64,000 bases of DNA from Nitrospirota bacterium (GTDB taxonomy: Bacteria; Nitrospirota; UBA9217), in assembly GCA_963751455.1 (NCBI GenBank), contig CAVVUN010000002.1, positions 288,001 through 352,000 of the forward strand, written 5' to 3'. A model generated the notes under the pieces. It had not been told where the DNA came from and did no database searches. It saw nothing but the letters and a program-made list of their open reading frames with translations. Both the position numbers and the translations under genes were made by a program. Numbering within the stretch: position 1 is the stretch's first letter; each line of letters begins with the position of its first letter. Of this stretch, positions 1-15,135 are shown piece by piece.

Positions 1-1134
1 CATCACATCCTCGTAATCAAGGAAGGCAAGCTCAAGGGAGTGCTTACGAACCACGACCTCATGCTGCTGCAGGGAACTTCGCCGCTCTCGTTTGCAAAGG
101 ACCTCGAGAGCCAGGACACTATCGAGGGACTCGTGCCGGTCTCGGTCAAGATCAACCGGGTTGTGGGGCTTCTCCTGAAGGAGGGCGCGCGGGCGAGCAA
201 CATCACGAAGATCATAACCGAGCTGAACGACCGGCTCGTGCGCAAAGTGCTCCAGATCGCGGAAAAAAAGTTCGGCCGTTCACCGGTCCCTTTCTGCTGG
301 ATTTCGTACGGAAGCGAAGGCAGGAAGGAACAGACGTTCAAGACAGACCAGGACAACGCGATTATCTATGCGGACCCGAAGTCATCCAAGCAGCAAGACG
401 ATGCCCTCCTCTATTTCCCGGTGTTCGCACAGTTCGTACGAGACAGCCTGGTCAAGTGCGGGTTTCCCCTCTGCCCGGCAGACTATATGGCGAGCAACCC
501 GAAGTGGTGTCAGCCGCTCTCGGCCTGGAAGAATTATTTCTCCGGATGGATTTCCCATCCGACGCCGGATGCCATCCTCAGGTCGCTCATCTTCTTCGAT
601 TTCCGCCCGCTTTACTGCGATGAAGCGCTTGCAGAGGAACTGCGCTCCTTTCTCACAAGCCACCTGGCCGACCGCAACCTGTTCCTGGCCCATATGGCCG
701 CGTCCATCACGAAGAACAGGCCGCCCCTCGGATTTTTCAAGACGTTCCTGGTGGAGAAAGACGGCGAACACAAGGACCAGCTGAACCTGAAGCAGCGGGG
801 CATCGGCCCCCTCGTGGACATCGTGCGGCTCTTTGCTCTCGAGAAGGGAATCACAGAAACGTCCACGCTCGAGCGCATCGAGGCCTTGAAGGGGAAGCAC
901 GCGACGATCGATTCCCTGGGTGACGAACTGGCGCAGGCCTTCGATTTCATCACGCTCCTGAGGATCCATAACCAGGTCGGGCAGTTGGAGCGGGGGGAAG
1001 CGCCCGATAACTTCATCACACCGGGCAGGCTGAGCAACCTTGAAAAGCGGATGCTGAAGGAATCGTTCCATGTCATATCGCAGGTCCAGGAAGGCATCAT
1101 CGACCAGTATGGTCCGGGAATGGTGGGAGGATGA
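1..1134 (+). CDS. CBS + DUF294 putative nucleotidyltransferase (5'-truncated by window), copy 1
   Basis: Open from base 1 (HHILVIKEGKLKGVLTNHDL, CBS tail); GSEGRKEQTFKTDQDNA NTase motif; FFDFR; paralog of 7179-9081. Confidence 0.9.
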   Translation, partial: HHILVIKEGKLKGVLTNHDLMLLQGTSPLSFAKDLESQDTIEGLVPVSVKINRVVGLLLKEGARASNITKIITELNDRLVRKVLQIAEKKFGRSPVPFCWISYGSEGRKEQTFKTDQDNAIIYADPKSSKQQDDALLYFPVFAQFVRDSLVKCGFPLCPADYMASNPKWCQPLSAWKNYFSGWISHPTPDAILRSLIFFDFRPLYCDEALAEELRSFLTSHLADRNLFLAHMAASITKNRPPLGFFKTFLVEKDGEHKDQLNLKQRGIGPLVDIVRLFALEKGITETSTLERIEALKGKHATIDSLGDELAQAFDFITLLRIHNQVGQLERGEAPDNFITPGRLSNLEKRMLKESFHVISQVQEGIIDQYGPGMVGG

Positions 1135-1811
1135 TGACTGTGCTGAGCATATTTCAGAGAAACGGGGCGAACCGGGCGGCTTGTGCCGGAGCCGGCATAG
1201 ATTTTTCAGGCCGGATCGAGGACGCCCGCTACATCGTCCTGGACTCCGAGCTTACCGGGCTCGAAGTGAAACACGACTCGATCGTTTCACTCGGCGCGAT
1301 CAGGATGGCCGGTCCCAGGATCATACTCGGGAAAACCTTCGACCGGCTGGTCAGTCCTGAAACGAAGCTTCGCCGTGAAAGCGTGCTCATTCATGGAATC
1401 ACTCCGTCGGAAGTCGAGGGAAAACCCGGCATCGACACGGTCCTGGACGAACTAATGGCGTTCTGCACAGGGTCCCTTCTCGTGGGGCATTTCATTTCGC
1501 TGGACCTTGCATTTCTGAACAGGGAACTCAAGCGGCTGCGCGGCCGGGAGCTTGATATCCCGGCAATCGACACGTGGCGTATCCACACATGGCTGCAGTA
1601 CCACAGGGATACCGCGGCCAGGCATTTCGGAGAGAACGGCGACAAGGACCTGTTTTCACTTGCCAGGAAGTATAACGTCCCGATCGCAAAGGCCCATGAT
1701 GCCTTGGGGGACGCCTTCATTACCGCCCAGCTTTTTCAGCGGTTCCTGAGCCTGCTGCCGGAACTCGGCGTAAGGACCGTAAAAGACCTGTTAGGAGTAG
1801 GCAAACCATAG
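1131..1811 (+). CDS. DEDDh 3'-5' exonuclease (DnaQ-like), copy 1
   Basis: VLDSELTGL, VGHFISLD, HDALGDA motifs; overlaps upstream stop. Confidence 0.9.
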   Translation: MMTVLSIFQRNGANRAACAGAGIDFSGRIEDARYIVLDSELTGLEVKHDSIVSLGAIRMAGPRIILGKTFDRLVSPETKLRRESVLIHGITPSEVEGKPGIDTVLDELMAFCTGSLLVGHFISLDLAFLNRELKRLRGRELDIPAIDTWRIHTWLQYHRDTAARHFGENGDKDLFSLARKYNVPIAKAHDALGDAFITAQLFQRFLSLLPELGVRTVKDLLGVGKP

Positions 1812-1894
1812 GGGGGGAGGTGAGAATAACATTTCTTTGTTCGGAGTTCAAAGTTGAGGTAAAACACGTATTCAAAAGATAAAGGAGGTTTCCA

Positions 1895-2179
1895 ATGGCT
1901 AAAGAGTTGCAAGGTCTGGACAGAGACAAGTTAAAGCAATACTGGGCAGTGAACGTAAGGCTCACAAGCATCATCATGGGAATCTGGTTTGTGGTCACCT
2001 ACGTGTGCTCGTTCTTTGCGCCGCAGCTGAACAACATCGTGATTCTCGGTTTCCCCTTCGGCTATTACATGGGCGCCCAGGGATCCCTGATCATCTTCGT
2101 CATACTCATCTTCTGGTACGCCTTCAAGATGAACGCGGCTGACAAGGAATTCGGCGTGGAAGAAGAGGAGGAGGAATAA
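1895..2179 (+). CDS. DUF4212 small membrane partner of solute symporter
   Basis: YW..N, GFPFGYYMGAQGS motif, two TM segments, AGGAGG RBS. Confidence 0.85.
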   Translation: MAKELQGLDRDKLKQYWAVNVRLTSIIMGIWFVVTYVCSFFAPQLNNIVILGFPFGYYMGAQGSLIIFVILIFWYAFKMNAADKEFGVEEEEEE

Positions 2180-4180
2180 ATGGCAAAATCAAAAGGTTCC
2201 TTTCTGGACAACCTGGGAAAGATCTATGGGATATATACGGTTAGTTTCATCGTCTTCGTGATCCTGCTCGGGTTCGCCGAGAAGTTCTTCGGCATGCCGC
2301 CGAAGGTGATCGGCTACGTGTATATGGGCGTAACCATCGGTCTGTATGCATTCATCGGCATTATCTCGAGGACTGCGAAGGTCTCGGAATATTATGTGGC
2401 GGGCCGTTCGGTGCCCGCGTTCTTCAACGGCATGGCAACAGGCTCGGACTGGATGTCCGCTGCCTCGTTCATAGGCATGGCGGGCACGATCTACGGCCTC
2501 GGCTATGACGGCCTCGCCTACATCATGGGCTGGACCGGCGGCTATGTGCTGCTCGCCGTGTTCCTTGGCCCGTACCTCAGGAAGTTCGGACAGTACACTA
2601 TCCCCGACTTCCTCGGCGCGCGTTTCGGCGGAAACGCCGCCCGCAGCATCGGCATCGTCGCAGCCATTACCGCGTCCTTCACGTACCTGATCGCCCAGGT
2701 TACGGGCGTGGGCATCATCATGTCACGCTTCCTGAACCTTGACTTCGGCGTCGGCGTCTTCGTGGGCCTCGCCGGCATCCTGGTATGTTCCATGCTCGGC
2801 GGCATGAAGGCCGTTACCTGGACCCAGGTGGCGCAGTACATCATCCTGATCGTGGCTTACCTGATCCCGCCTACGGTTATGGCTTACAAGACCACCGGCA
2901 ATCCGATCCCTGAAATCGCCTATGGACAGATCCTCCAGCGGATCGATGCAAAGGAAAAGGTGATCAACGCGGATCCGAAGGAGCAGCAGGTCATGGGGCT
3001 CTGGAAAGATGAAGCCGCGAAACTGGACGCGGACATCAAAGGGCTGCCTGCGAGTCTCGACCAGAAGAGGGCTGACTTGAACGCCAAAATCACGGCTGCT
3101 GCAACGCCGGCCGACAAAGAAGCTGCGGAAAAAGCCCTGAACGCGCTTCCGGCAACTCCTGAACTTGCAAAAGAGAAGTGGGACACTGCAAAGAAAGCCG
3201 CAGTCGGCAAATCAAAGCCGATAAAGCCGTATCTCGAGCCGTTTGCTCGGCTTGATGCAAAGAACATGCTGGCGCTTACCTTCTGCCTCATGGTGGGCAC
3301 AGCGGGCCTGCCCCATATCCTGATGCGGTATTACACCGTGCCCTCCGTCAAGCAGGCGCGCATGTCCGTGGGCTGGTCTCTGTTCTTCATATTCCTGCTC
3401 TACTTCACGGCCCCGGCTGTGGCTGCATTCGCTCGAAACGAGGTGTTGAGCAACGTGATCGGCCTTCCGATTGCCCAGCTGCCGGCCTGGATGGCCAACT
3501 GGGGCAAGGTCGGCCTCGTGGCATTCAAGGACATCAATGCCGACGGGATGCTGCAGTTCTATGAGCTCACGATAGGCGCAGACGCTATCGTTCTGGCCAT
3601 GCCGGAAATTGCGGGTCTCCCGTACGTGATCTCCGGACTCGTTGCAGCAGGCGGTCTGGCCGCGGCCCTGTCAACGGCCGACGGTCTCCTGCTCACGATC
3701 TCGAACGCGCTGTCTCATGACCTGTACTACAAGATGATAGACAAGAACGCTTCGATCACCAGGCGTCTTGCTATCTCGCGCACGCTGCTCGTGGTCACGG
3801 CGCTTATCGCCGCCTATGTTGCCACGTTCAAGCTCACGATCATCGTGGAACTCGTGGCCTGGGCATTCTCGATCGCCGCGGCCTCGTTCTTCCCGGCGCT
3901 GGTTATGGGCATCTGGGACAAGCGGTCAAACAAGGCCGGGGCTTTGGCCGGTATGTGGATCGGATTCCTGTCCTGCGTCATCTACATGGTCGGGAGCCGG
4001 TTCTATGGTCTCGACATCTGGGGCATCAAGACAATTTCGTCGGGCCTGTTCGGCATTCCGCTCGGGTTCATCACGATCTTCGTGGTGTCTCGCATGACGG
4101 AACCGCCGAGCCACGAACTGCAGGAGTTTGTCGAGAGCGTCCGCATTCCGAAAGGCGCATCTCAGTCAGCTGCAGAATAA
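2180..4180 (+). CDS. Sodium:solute symporter (ActP-related, VC_2705-like)
   Basis: [35 protein letters not shown] motifs; multiple TM helices. Confidence 0.9.
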   Translation: MAKSKGSFLDNLGKIYGIYTVSFIVFVILLGFAEKFFGMPPKVIGYVYMGVTIGLYAFIGIISRTAKVSEYYVAGRSVPAFFNGMATGSDWMSAASFIGMAGTIYGLGYDGLAYIMGWTGGYVLLAVFLGPYLRKFGQYTIPDFLGARFGGNAARSIGIVAAITASFTYLIAQVTGVGIIMSRFLNLDFGVGVFVGLAGILVCSMLGGMKAVTWTQVAQYIILIVAYLIPPTVMAYKTTGNPIPEIAYGQILQRIDAKEKVINADPKEQQVMGLWKDEAAKLDADIKGLPASLDQKRADLNAKITAAATPADKEAAEKALNALPATPELAKEKWDTAKKAAVGKSKPIKPYLEPFARLDAKNMLALTFCLMVGTAGLPHILMRYYTVPSVKQARMSVGWSLFFIFLLYFTAPAVAAFARNEVLSNVIGLPIAQLPAWMANWGKVGLVAFKDINADGMLQFYELTIGADAIVLAMPEIAGLPYVISGLVAAGGLAAALSTADGLLLTISNALSHDLYYKMIDKNASITRRLAISRTLLVVTALIAAYVATFKLTIIVELVAWAFSIAAASFFPALVMGIWDKRSNKAGALAGMWIGFLSCVIYMVGSRFYGLDIWGIKTISSGLFGIPLGFITIFVVSRMTEPPSHELQEFVESVRIPKGASQSAAE

Positions 4181-4205
4181 TAATAACCAAAATATATTTT
4201 TCCCG

Positions 4206-4236
4206 GCGGCGGGATTTATTCCCGCCGCTCCTTTTT
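4206..4236 (+). terminator. Rho-independent terminator
   Basis: GCGGCGGGA/TCCCGCCGC stem followed by T run. Confidence 0.75.
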
Positions 4237-4351
4237 AGTGACAGACACGTAAAATTCCTTTAATATGGATGCTCGGTTTCCGGTTGTGCATTTATCCCTG
4301 AGCGGCAAAGCGATGTGGGTTATACATTTTAGCACCCTTGCCCGGAGTTAG

Positions 4352-4630
4352 GTGAATATGACAATATATATAATACAATTTATCAATTACACGTTATCAT
4401 TCTTCATGTGGATGATCCTCGGGAGAGTCCTTACCGCGCTTATGCTCGGAGACCGCGACAATGTCATCATGGGTATGTTCCGCAAGGTCACGGACCCCGT
4501 CTACCGGGTCACGAAAACAATAATGCCGTTTGCAAAAGAAGGCTGGCTTCCTTTTTTATCGATCGTCATTATTATTATTCTGAGATTATTGCTTATCATA
4601 CTGTCAAGCCCCACCGGGGTTCAGAAATAA
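4352..4630 (+). CDS. YggT-family small membrane protein
   Basis: WMILGR...KVTDPVY pattern, two hydrophobic segments; start uncertain. Confidence 0.7.
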   Translation: MNMTIYIIQFINYTLSFFMWMILGRVLTALMLGDRDNVIMGMFRKVTDPVYRVTKTIMPFAKEGWLPFLSIVIIIILRLLLIILSSPTGVQK

Positions 4631-4657
4631 AAAACTATATTTCGGGAGGAAGATTTC

Positions 4658-6631
<1,974 letters not shown>

Positions 6632-6762
6632 CAGGCTGTTGAAAAAGTTGTTGGAGTGGTTCGACAGGCTCACCATGAACGGATAAAAACAAATGATTTC
6701 AAGGTTCCCTCCGTTCGCCCTGAGCCTGTCGAAGGGTGAGCGGAGGGTTTTTCAACAGCCTG
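6632..6762. mobile_element. 131-bp MITE at the acs stop codon
   Basis: Perfect 15-bp TIR CAGGCTGTTGAAAAA / TTTTTCAACAGCCTG; TTAG direct repeat on both sides; absent after the paralogous acs copy. Confidence 0.85.
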
Positions 6763-6816
6763 TTAGTAAATCAGGCAAACTATCATCCTCAACCAGAGCA
6801 GCTGATTTCCCCCTTT

Positions 6817-6850
6817 AGGGGCTGGAATTTTCCAGCCCCTTTCTTTTTTC
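6817..6850 (+). terminator. Rho-independent terminator after acs copy 1
   Basis: AGGGGCTGGA-ATTT-TCCAGCCCCT + T-rich tail; same hairpin at 14095. Confidence 0.85.
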
Positions 6851-7037
6851 ATTTTTCTTTCCGGCCGAAACTCTAAAAATTCTGCTTAAGGGATAGAACT
6901 GTTCGATTTGTGTATATAGTTGCTATAAAATGCAAATGTTTTATTGTAATCCGAAAGAATTCTCATTAAATATTACTTTTAGTAACGAAAAATGATTGCA
7001 AATTAATATAACTTATCGATTTTTTTGTAGAAAAAAA

Positions 7038-7054
7038 TCGGCATTAATATTGCT
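7038..7054 (+). promoter_or_regulatory. Candidate sigma-54 (-24/-12) promoter
   Basis: TCGGCATTAATATTGCT: GG-N10-GC with TTGCT, at the end of an AT-rich intergenic region. Confidence 0.55.
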
Positions 7055-7178
7055 AAGCGTTTACGTATATAGCTAAATAAAAGTACATTGTGTCTCTTTA
7101 TGCACCGTTGTCCGCCTCCCGCTTCCAGCAGGGAACGGACGTATTGAAATCTCTTCTTATGTTTATGAGAGAAAGCCA

Positions 7179-9081
7179 ATGTTACAGGACCAGGTCACAG
7201 AATTCCTAAAAAAAGTCCCTCCTTTCCAATTCCTCGATGATCAGATCCTAACGACTGTCGCAAGGAACCTTTCAATGGAGTTCTATCCGAAAGGAACCAT
7301 AATCCTTAAGCAGGATGGTCAACCATCAAATTCCCTCCAGATCATAAAGAAAGGCGGGGTGCGCCTTTCCATAAAATCCAAGGACGGTGACGACGTTGTC
7401 ATCGATTACCGGGGCGAGGGTGAGACGTTCGGCCTCGTGTCCCTGATGGGCAAGGACCGGCAAAAAACCACTATTGCCGCCGTCGATGACACCATCTGTT
7501 ATCTCCTGAACAAGGAAACAGTCTACCGCCTCATCGATCAGCATCCCTCGTTCACGGAGTACCTGCTGCAGTCCCATTTTACAAAATATATAGAGAAGAC
7601 CTACACCGAGATGCATTCGAAGAGCCTGTTCTACGGAAGCAGCGACCATGTTCTCTTTACGACCAGGATCGGGGACATCGCGGGAAAGGGCGTCGTGACC
7701 GTGGCTGAAGACAATTCCATCCAGGAAGCGGCCCGCGAGATGGTAAAGAACAGGATAAGTTCCCTCATTGTAGTAGACCGGAGCGGTCTTCCGACCGGCA
7801 TTCTGACAGACCGCGATCTCCGTGAAAAAGTCGTGGCGCAGGGGAGGAGCGTCAATGATCTGGTACGCGACGTGATGAATATTCCGCTCATCCGGGTGGA
7901 CGCCAGGGACTACTGTTTCGAGGCGGTGCTCAGGATGATCAAGCACAATATCCATCATATCGTGGTCATAAAGGACGGAGCTCTCCAGGGCGTTCTCACA
8001 AACCACGATCTGATGGTGCTGCAGGGCACCTCCCCGCTCTCGTTTGCAAAAGACCTGGAGAGCCAGCACACCATTGAAGGGCTCATTCCGGTATCAACAA
8101 AAATCAACCGGGTCGTGGGCCTCCTGCTCAAGGACGGCGCCCGGGCAGGCAACATCACGAAGGTCCTTACCGAGCTGAACGACAGGCTTGTAAGGAAGGT
8201 GCTCGAAATCGCGGAGAAGAAAATGGGCACCCCTCCGGTCCCGTACTGCTGGGTCGCGTTCGGGAGTGAGGGCCGGAAAGAGCAGACCTTCAAGACGGAC
8301 CAGGACAACGCCATCATTTACGCGGATCCCGCCAGCGCCGGGGAAGAGGAAGCTGCCAGGGAATACTTCTCGCAATTTTCTGCCGTCGTTCAGAAAAACC
8401 TCATCCTCTGCGGCTTCCCGCTTTGTCCTGCCGGTTATATGGCGAACAATATCAGGTGGCGTCAGCCGCTCTCGATCTGGAAGAAGTATTTCTCATCCTG
8501 GGTGGCCGAACCTACAGCGGAGGCAATCCTGCATGCGCTTATCTTTTTCGACTTCAGGCCGGTATACGGCCATATCCGGCTTGCAGACCAGCTGCGGGAG
8601 CACCTTTTCAGCATACTGAAAGATCAAAAGGTCTTTTTCGGGCATCTTGCAAATGCAGCAGTCCAGAACGAGCCGCCCATGGGATTTTTCAAGACCCTGG
8701 TTGTAGATAAGAGCGGGGAGCACAAGGACGAGCTTAACCTCAAGGTGAAGGGCATTGCGCCCCTTGTCGATATCATACGGCTGTTCGCGCTTGAGAAGGG
8801 CGTGAGGGAAACCTCCACCCTGGAACGAATAGAGGAATTGCGGTCGAACCATACGATAATCGAAGAATACGCAGATGAGCTTACAAACTCGTTTGACTTT
8901 ATCATGCTGCTCCGGATTCATAACCAGTTCGGACAGATCCAGGCGGGAAAGGCACCCGGCAATTTTATAAACCCGGCAAGATTGAGCAACCTTGAGAAAC
9001 GGACGATGAAGGACGCATTCAGCCTGATCTCGAAGATGCAGAGACATCATCATCGAAATGTACAAGCACATGATCCTGTAA
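7179..9081 (+). CDS. cNMP-binding + CBS + DUF294 putative nucleotidyltransferase, copy 2
   Basis: FLKKVPPF cNMP N-terminus, CBS pair, GSEGRKEQTFKTDQDNA; one extra base near 9041, corrected end MQDIIIEMYKHMIL* (ORF track runs to 9122). Confidence 0.88.
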
Positions 9082-9093
9082 GGGTGCAGGGCA

Positions 9094-9801
9094 ATGGGAA
9101 GACTTCTGAATTTCGGACGTGAGAAAAAAGATCCGGGCTCCGATTACGGCAGCCAGCTCGGCGACGCGTCTTTCGTAGTAATCGATACCGAGCTGACGGG
9201 CCTGAACGAAACAAAAGACTCGATCGTCTCTTTCGGCGCAGTCCGGATGGTCGGCGGCCGGATTTCCCTGGGCGATTCCTTTTACAGGATGGTCAAGCCG
9301 AAAGCAGCCCTGACGAGGGAGAGCGTTGTGATTCACGGCATCATGCCGTGCGATCTCGTTCATGAAGCGGACAGTGCCGCGGTACTCTCCGAATTCAGGG
9401 CCTTTTGCGGGAACGACATCCTGGTCGGCCACTGTATCGAGATCGATCTGGCTTTTATTACCCGGGAATTGGACCAGGAACTGGGCCGGCGCCTCGGAAA
9501 CCGGATCGTCGATACCGCGGCATTGTACGGGTGGATCGCCGGCCGGGGCCTGCTGGACCGCGGTTTTCAGTCTCCATCATCGAGGGCGGACCTGTACAGG
9601 ATGGCCCGCTGTTTTGACATCCAGGTCGTGGAAATACATCACGCGCTGGCGGACGCATTCATAACCGCGCAGCTGTTCCAGCGTTTTCTACCCCTGCTCA
9701 AAGAGGAGGGGATCGTTACGATGGGCGACCTTGTGCGAATCGGGAACCCGAACAGAGGAGGTGATCGCTTCAGAGCAACCGGTGATTTCAGCAATTTTTG
9801 A
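9094..9801 (+). CDS. DEDDh 3'-5' exonuclease, copy 2
   Basis: VIDTELTGL, VGHCIEID, HHALADA. Confidence 0.9.
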   Translation: MGRLLNFGREKKDPGSDYGSQLGDASFVVIDTELTGLNETKDSIVSFGAVRMVGGRISLGDSFYRMVKPKAALTRESVVIHGIMPCDLVHEADSAAVLSEFRAFCGNDILVGHCIEIDLAFITRELDQELGRRLGNRIVDTAALYGWIAGRGLLDRGFQSPSSRADLYRMARCFDIQVVEIHHALADAFITAQLFQRFLPLLKEEGIVTMGDLVRIGNPNRGGDRFRATGDFSNF

Positions 9802-9807
9802 AGCTAA

Positions 9808-9910
9808 GTGACTATCAGGTCAGCCACTTCGCTTCATCCATGGCGCGCATAGCGCGGCATTGCAGGTAAATCACATGCGCCTGTGCTCGGCGGCAGACCT
9901 GAACAGTTAT
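9808..9910. repeat. Degenerate MITE-like element
   Basis: Ends GTGACTATCAGGTC / GACCTGAACAGTTAT resemble the TIRs at 32777-32944; no clear TSD. Confidence 0.4.
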
Positions 9911-9935
9911 AAATAAAAATAAAAGGAGGGGACAA

Positions 9936-10247
9936 ATGAGTAAATTAAGAAAGGAAGATATTCTGAATGACCCGGATTTCAAACAGTTGTCCAGTCAGAA
10001 GAACACCATATCGATCATTCTGACGATACTGGAACTGGTGCTCTATTTCGGCTTTATCGGTCTGATTGCGTACAACAAACCGTTCCTGGCTCAAAAAATG
10101 AGCGAGGGCGGCGCAGCCACGATCGGGATCCCGATCGCCGTCGGAACGATCCTGCTTTCGTGGGTTTTTACCGGCATCTACATCTGGTGGGCGAATGCGA
10201 AGTACGACGAGCTGGTTAAAAGAGTCAAAGAAAAGGTAGGAGGCTAA
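9936..10247 (+). CDS. DUF485 (YjcH-like) small membrane protein
   Basis: DPDFKQL, YFGFI, IYIWWAN pattern; sits directly before actP. Confidence 0.85.
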   Translation: MSKLRKEDILNDPDFKQLSSQKNTISIILTILELVLYFGFIGLIAYNKPFLAQKMSEGGAATIGIPIAVGTILLSWVFTGIYIWWANAKYDELVKRVKEKVGG

Positions 10248-10248
10248 T

Positions 10249-12019
10249 ATGCATCAGACCATAATCGGACAAACAAACCCTATAGCAGTCATGTTCTTTA
10301 TTGCGTTCGTTATCTCCACGCTCGGCATCACCTGGTGGGCGGCAAAGCGGACGAAGACCACGAAAGATTTCTATGCCGCGGGAAGAAGCATCACCGGTTT
10401 CCAGAACGGCCTTGCCCTCGCGGGCGACTATATGAGCGCCGCCTCGTTCCTCGGAATCGCCGGCCTGGTCTCGACCAAGGGGTATGACGGCCTGATCTAT
10501 TCCGTGGGCTGGCTCGTGGGATGGCCCATCATCATGTTCCTGATCTCGGAACCGCTCCGGAACCTCGGCAAATACACCTTTGCGGACGTGGTTGCTTTCC
10601 GGCTGCAGCAGCGGCCTATTCGCGCCGCCGCCGCCGCAGGCTCCATCGTGGTCGTTCTCACGTATCTGATCGCGCAGATGGTCGGGGCCGGCACTTTGAT
10701 CAAGCTCATGTTCGGCCTTCCGTTTGAACTCGCGATCGTGGTGACCGGAGCGCTCATGATCTGCTATGTGCTCTTCGGCGGCATGATCGCGACCACCTGG
10801 GTCCAGATCATCAAGGCGGGCCTGCTCCTGGGCGGGGCAACGCTGCTGGTGATCCTGACCCTCGGCAAGTTCGGGTTCAGCTACGGCGAGTTGTTCAGCC
10901 AGGCCGCAGTGGCCACGCCGCTAGGGCAAAAATTCCTCGAACCGGGCGGTCTGGTCACCAGCCCGATTGACGCGTTTTCACTCGGGACTCGCCCTTATGT
11001 TCGGGACCGCCGGCCTTCCGCACATCCTGATGCGGTTCTACACGGTGCCTGACGCAAAAGAGGCGCGCAAGTCCGTGTTCTACGCAACAGGGTTTATCGG
11101 CTACTTCTACATTCTTACGGTGACGATCGGCTTCGGCGCCGCAGTGCTCGTCGGTCAGAAAGTCATCATGGGTATCGACGCAGGCGGCAATATGGCCGGT
11201 CCGCTCCTCGCAGAGGCGCTCGGCGGCAACATTTTCCTGGGCTTCCTGTCGGCCGTTGCGTTTGCAACGATCCTTGCCGTGGTTTCCGGCCTTACCCTTG
11301 CGGGCGCATCAGCGCTTTCGCACGACCTGTACGTAGGCGTGATCCGCCGCGGTGTTGCCAATGAGAAGGAAGAGGTGAAGGTGGCGAAAATTGCGACCGT
11401 CGGCCTCGGCGCATTGGCAATCATGCTCGGCATCCTGTTCAAGGGACAGAACGTCGCGTTCCTCGTCGGCCTCACCTTTGCAATCGCGGCCAGCGCGAAC
11501 TTCCCGGCGCTGCTCATGTCGATCATGTGGAAGAAGTTCACGACTGCGGGCGCAGTCACGAGCATTTACACCGGCCTTGCCGTTGCCGTCGTGCTCCTCA
11601 TCCTGAGTCCCACTGTGTGGGTAGACATCGTGCAGAAGGACGCCAAGGCAAAGGTTACGGCTCAGATCAAGGAGATCGACACCGCAGCAGCGAGCGCGGA
11701 TACCCGTATCGCGGAGCTCCAGAAGCAGATGACGAGCGGCTGCGAATCTGACTAAGGCACGATATCGCCAGAAACCAGGCGACCCAGGCCGCGATCGCGA
11801 CAAGCCAGCAGGAGAAGGAACAGCTTGCGGCGAAGAAGAAGGACGCAACGGCGAGCTATGCCGAAGGCCATCTTCCCGCTCAAGAATCCCGGCATCTACT
11901 CCATGGCTGCGGCGTTCCTGGTCGGCATCCTCGCGTCGCTGCTTGCTCCTGACAAGGCATCCCAGGAGAAATTCGCGGATGAGAAGGTCAGGGAGTACAT
12001 CGGCATCGGAGCGGAATAG
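10249..12019 (+). CDS. actP: Cation/acetate symporter ActP (frameshifted in this assembly)
   Basis: [50 protein letters not shown]; pieces 10249-11052, 10967-11755, 11825-12019. Confidence 0.88.
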
Positions 12020-12068
12020 AGCACACAGAATCCAATAAACAATCTTTCTGAAGGGGAGGGATATTTGA

Positions 12069-14048
<1,980 letters not shown>

Positions 14049-14094
14049 CTGAAGCATTTTCTTCCTTACACAGTGCACTTGATTTCCCCCTTTC

Positions 14095-14124
14095 GGGGCT
14101 GGAATTTTCCAGCCCCTTTTTTTT
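14095..14124 (+). terminator. Rho-independent terminator after acs copy 2
   Basis: GGGGCTGGA-ATTT-TCCAGCCCC + T8. Confidence 0.85.
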
Positions 14125-14404
14125 ATGGATCTTAAAAAAAGCGATCGGACGGTTCAGCCTGTTCCTCTATAAAAAACTACATTATAACGAACCGGCTTTA
14201 ATTTTCCGGATCATCACATGCGGTCCAGGCTTCCTGTTCTTTTGAGGGCCGATCTCCGGCGGCTAACGGCTTGACTGCTTTTAGAGCCTTGACACGGACA
14301 GCACCGTGAACGTATACTTAAGAACGGACGATTTCCGCGGCTGGTTATGCAGTTCTTTTTCCCTTTGGGCATTTCTGACGTTCATTCCCGTAAGGAGACA
14401 TCCC

Positions 14405-14993
14405 ATGAAACGAATTGCGCTCATTCTCCTACTCCTGCTCTTTGCAGTTCAAGCCCCGGCCCAGGAAAAGCGGTACCCGATTTCTCCCGGCGACTCTCCT
14501 TCCCTTGGCCCTATCGACGCCCCGGTCACGATCATCGAATTCATCGACTTCCAATGACCGCATTGCGTGGCGGCTGGTCCGACCGTCAAAAAAATCATGG
14601 ATACCTACAAGGGAAAAGTAAGGCTCGTGATCAAGAATTATCCGTATGTATACCGCGACTACTCGCACCTGGCAGCGGAGGCCTCACTGGCAGCGCGCGA
14701 CCAGGGCAAGTACTGGGAGATGCACGATCTCCTGCTCACGAGGTCCCCGAAACTCGATCGTGAAAGTCTTATCCGGTATGCCGGTGAGCTCGGACTCGAC
14801 GTGAAAAAATTCAGTGAATCGATTGACGGAAAAAAGCATACTGCTTGAAATCGAGCGGGATAAAAAACTGGCAGTCGATATGGACCTGTTCAACACTCCC
14901 ACTATTTTCATCAATGGAAGAAAGGTCGTGGGGGAGCGGCCGTTCGGCGCTTATAAAAAGATCATAGACGAGGAACTGAAGGCAGTGCGTTAA
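14405..14993 (+). CDS. Secreted DsbA/thioredoxin-fold selenoprotein (UxxC)
   Basis: Signal peptide; GPIDAPVTIIEFIDFQ-TGA-PHC with in-frame continuation; later one-base shift (~14842) gives TPTIFING...IIDEELKAVR*. Confidence 0.82.
14568..14588 (+). promoter_or_regulatory. Candidate bacterial SECIS hairpin
   Basis: TGGCGG/CCGTCA stem (one G-U) with G-containing loop, starting 11 nt after the UGA at 14555-14557. Confidence 0.55.
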
Positions 14994-15060
14994 TTTCGGA
15001 TTGCGGATGGTTCGACTTCGCTCACCATCATGAGCTTGTCGAATGATTTCGGATTGCGGA
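14993..15060. repeat. REP-like hairpin between 15-bp direct repeats
   Basis: ATTTCGGATTGCGGA twice, flanking TTCGACTTCGCTCA...TGAGCTTGTCGAA. Confidence 0.7.
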
Positions 15061-15135
15061 ATACAATAGAAACCTAAAGAACTTATAAACCCTTTTTGCC
15101 AAAGAGGGGCCGCAATTGCAGGAGGGCGGCAATAC

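Noticed and set aside
14846-14848. Second selenocysteine at the TGA ending ORF 14567-14848
   Set aside because: The DsbA C-terminus continues in a different frame, so this is a frameshift, not readthrough.
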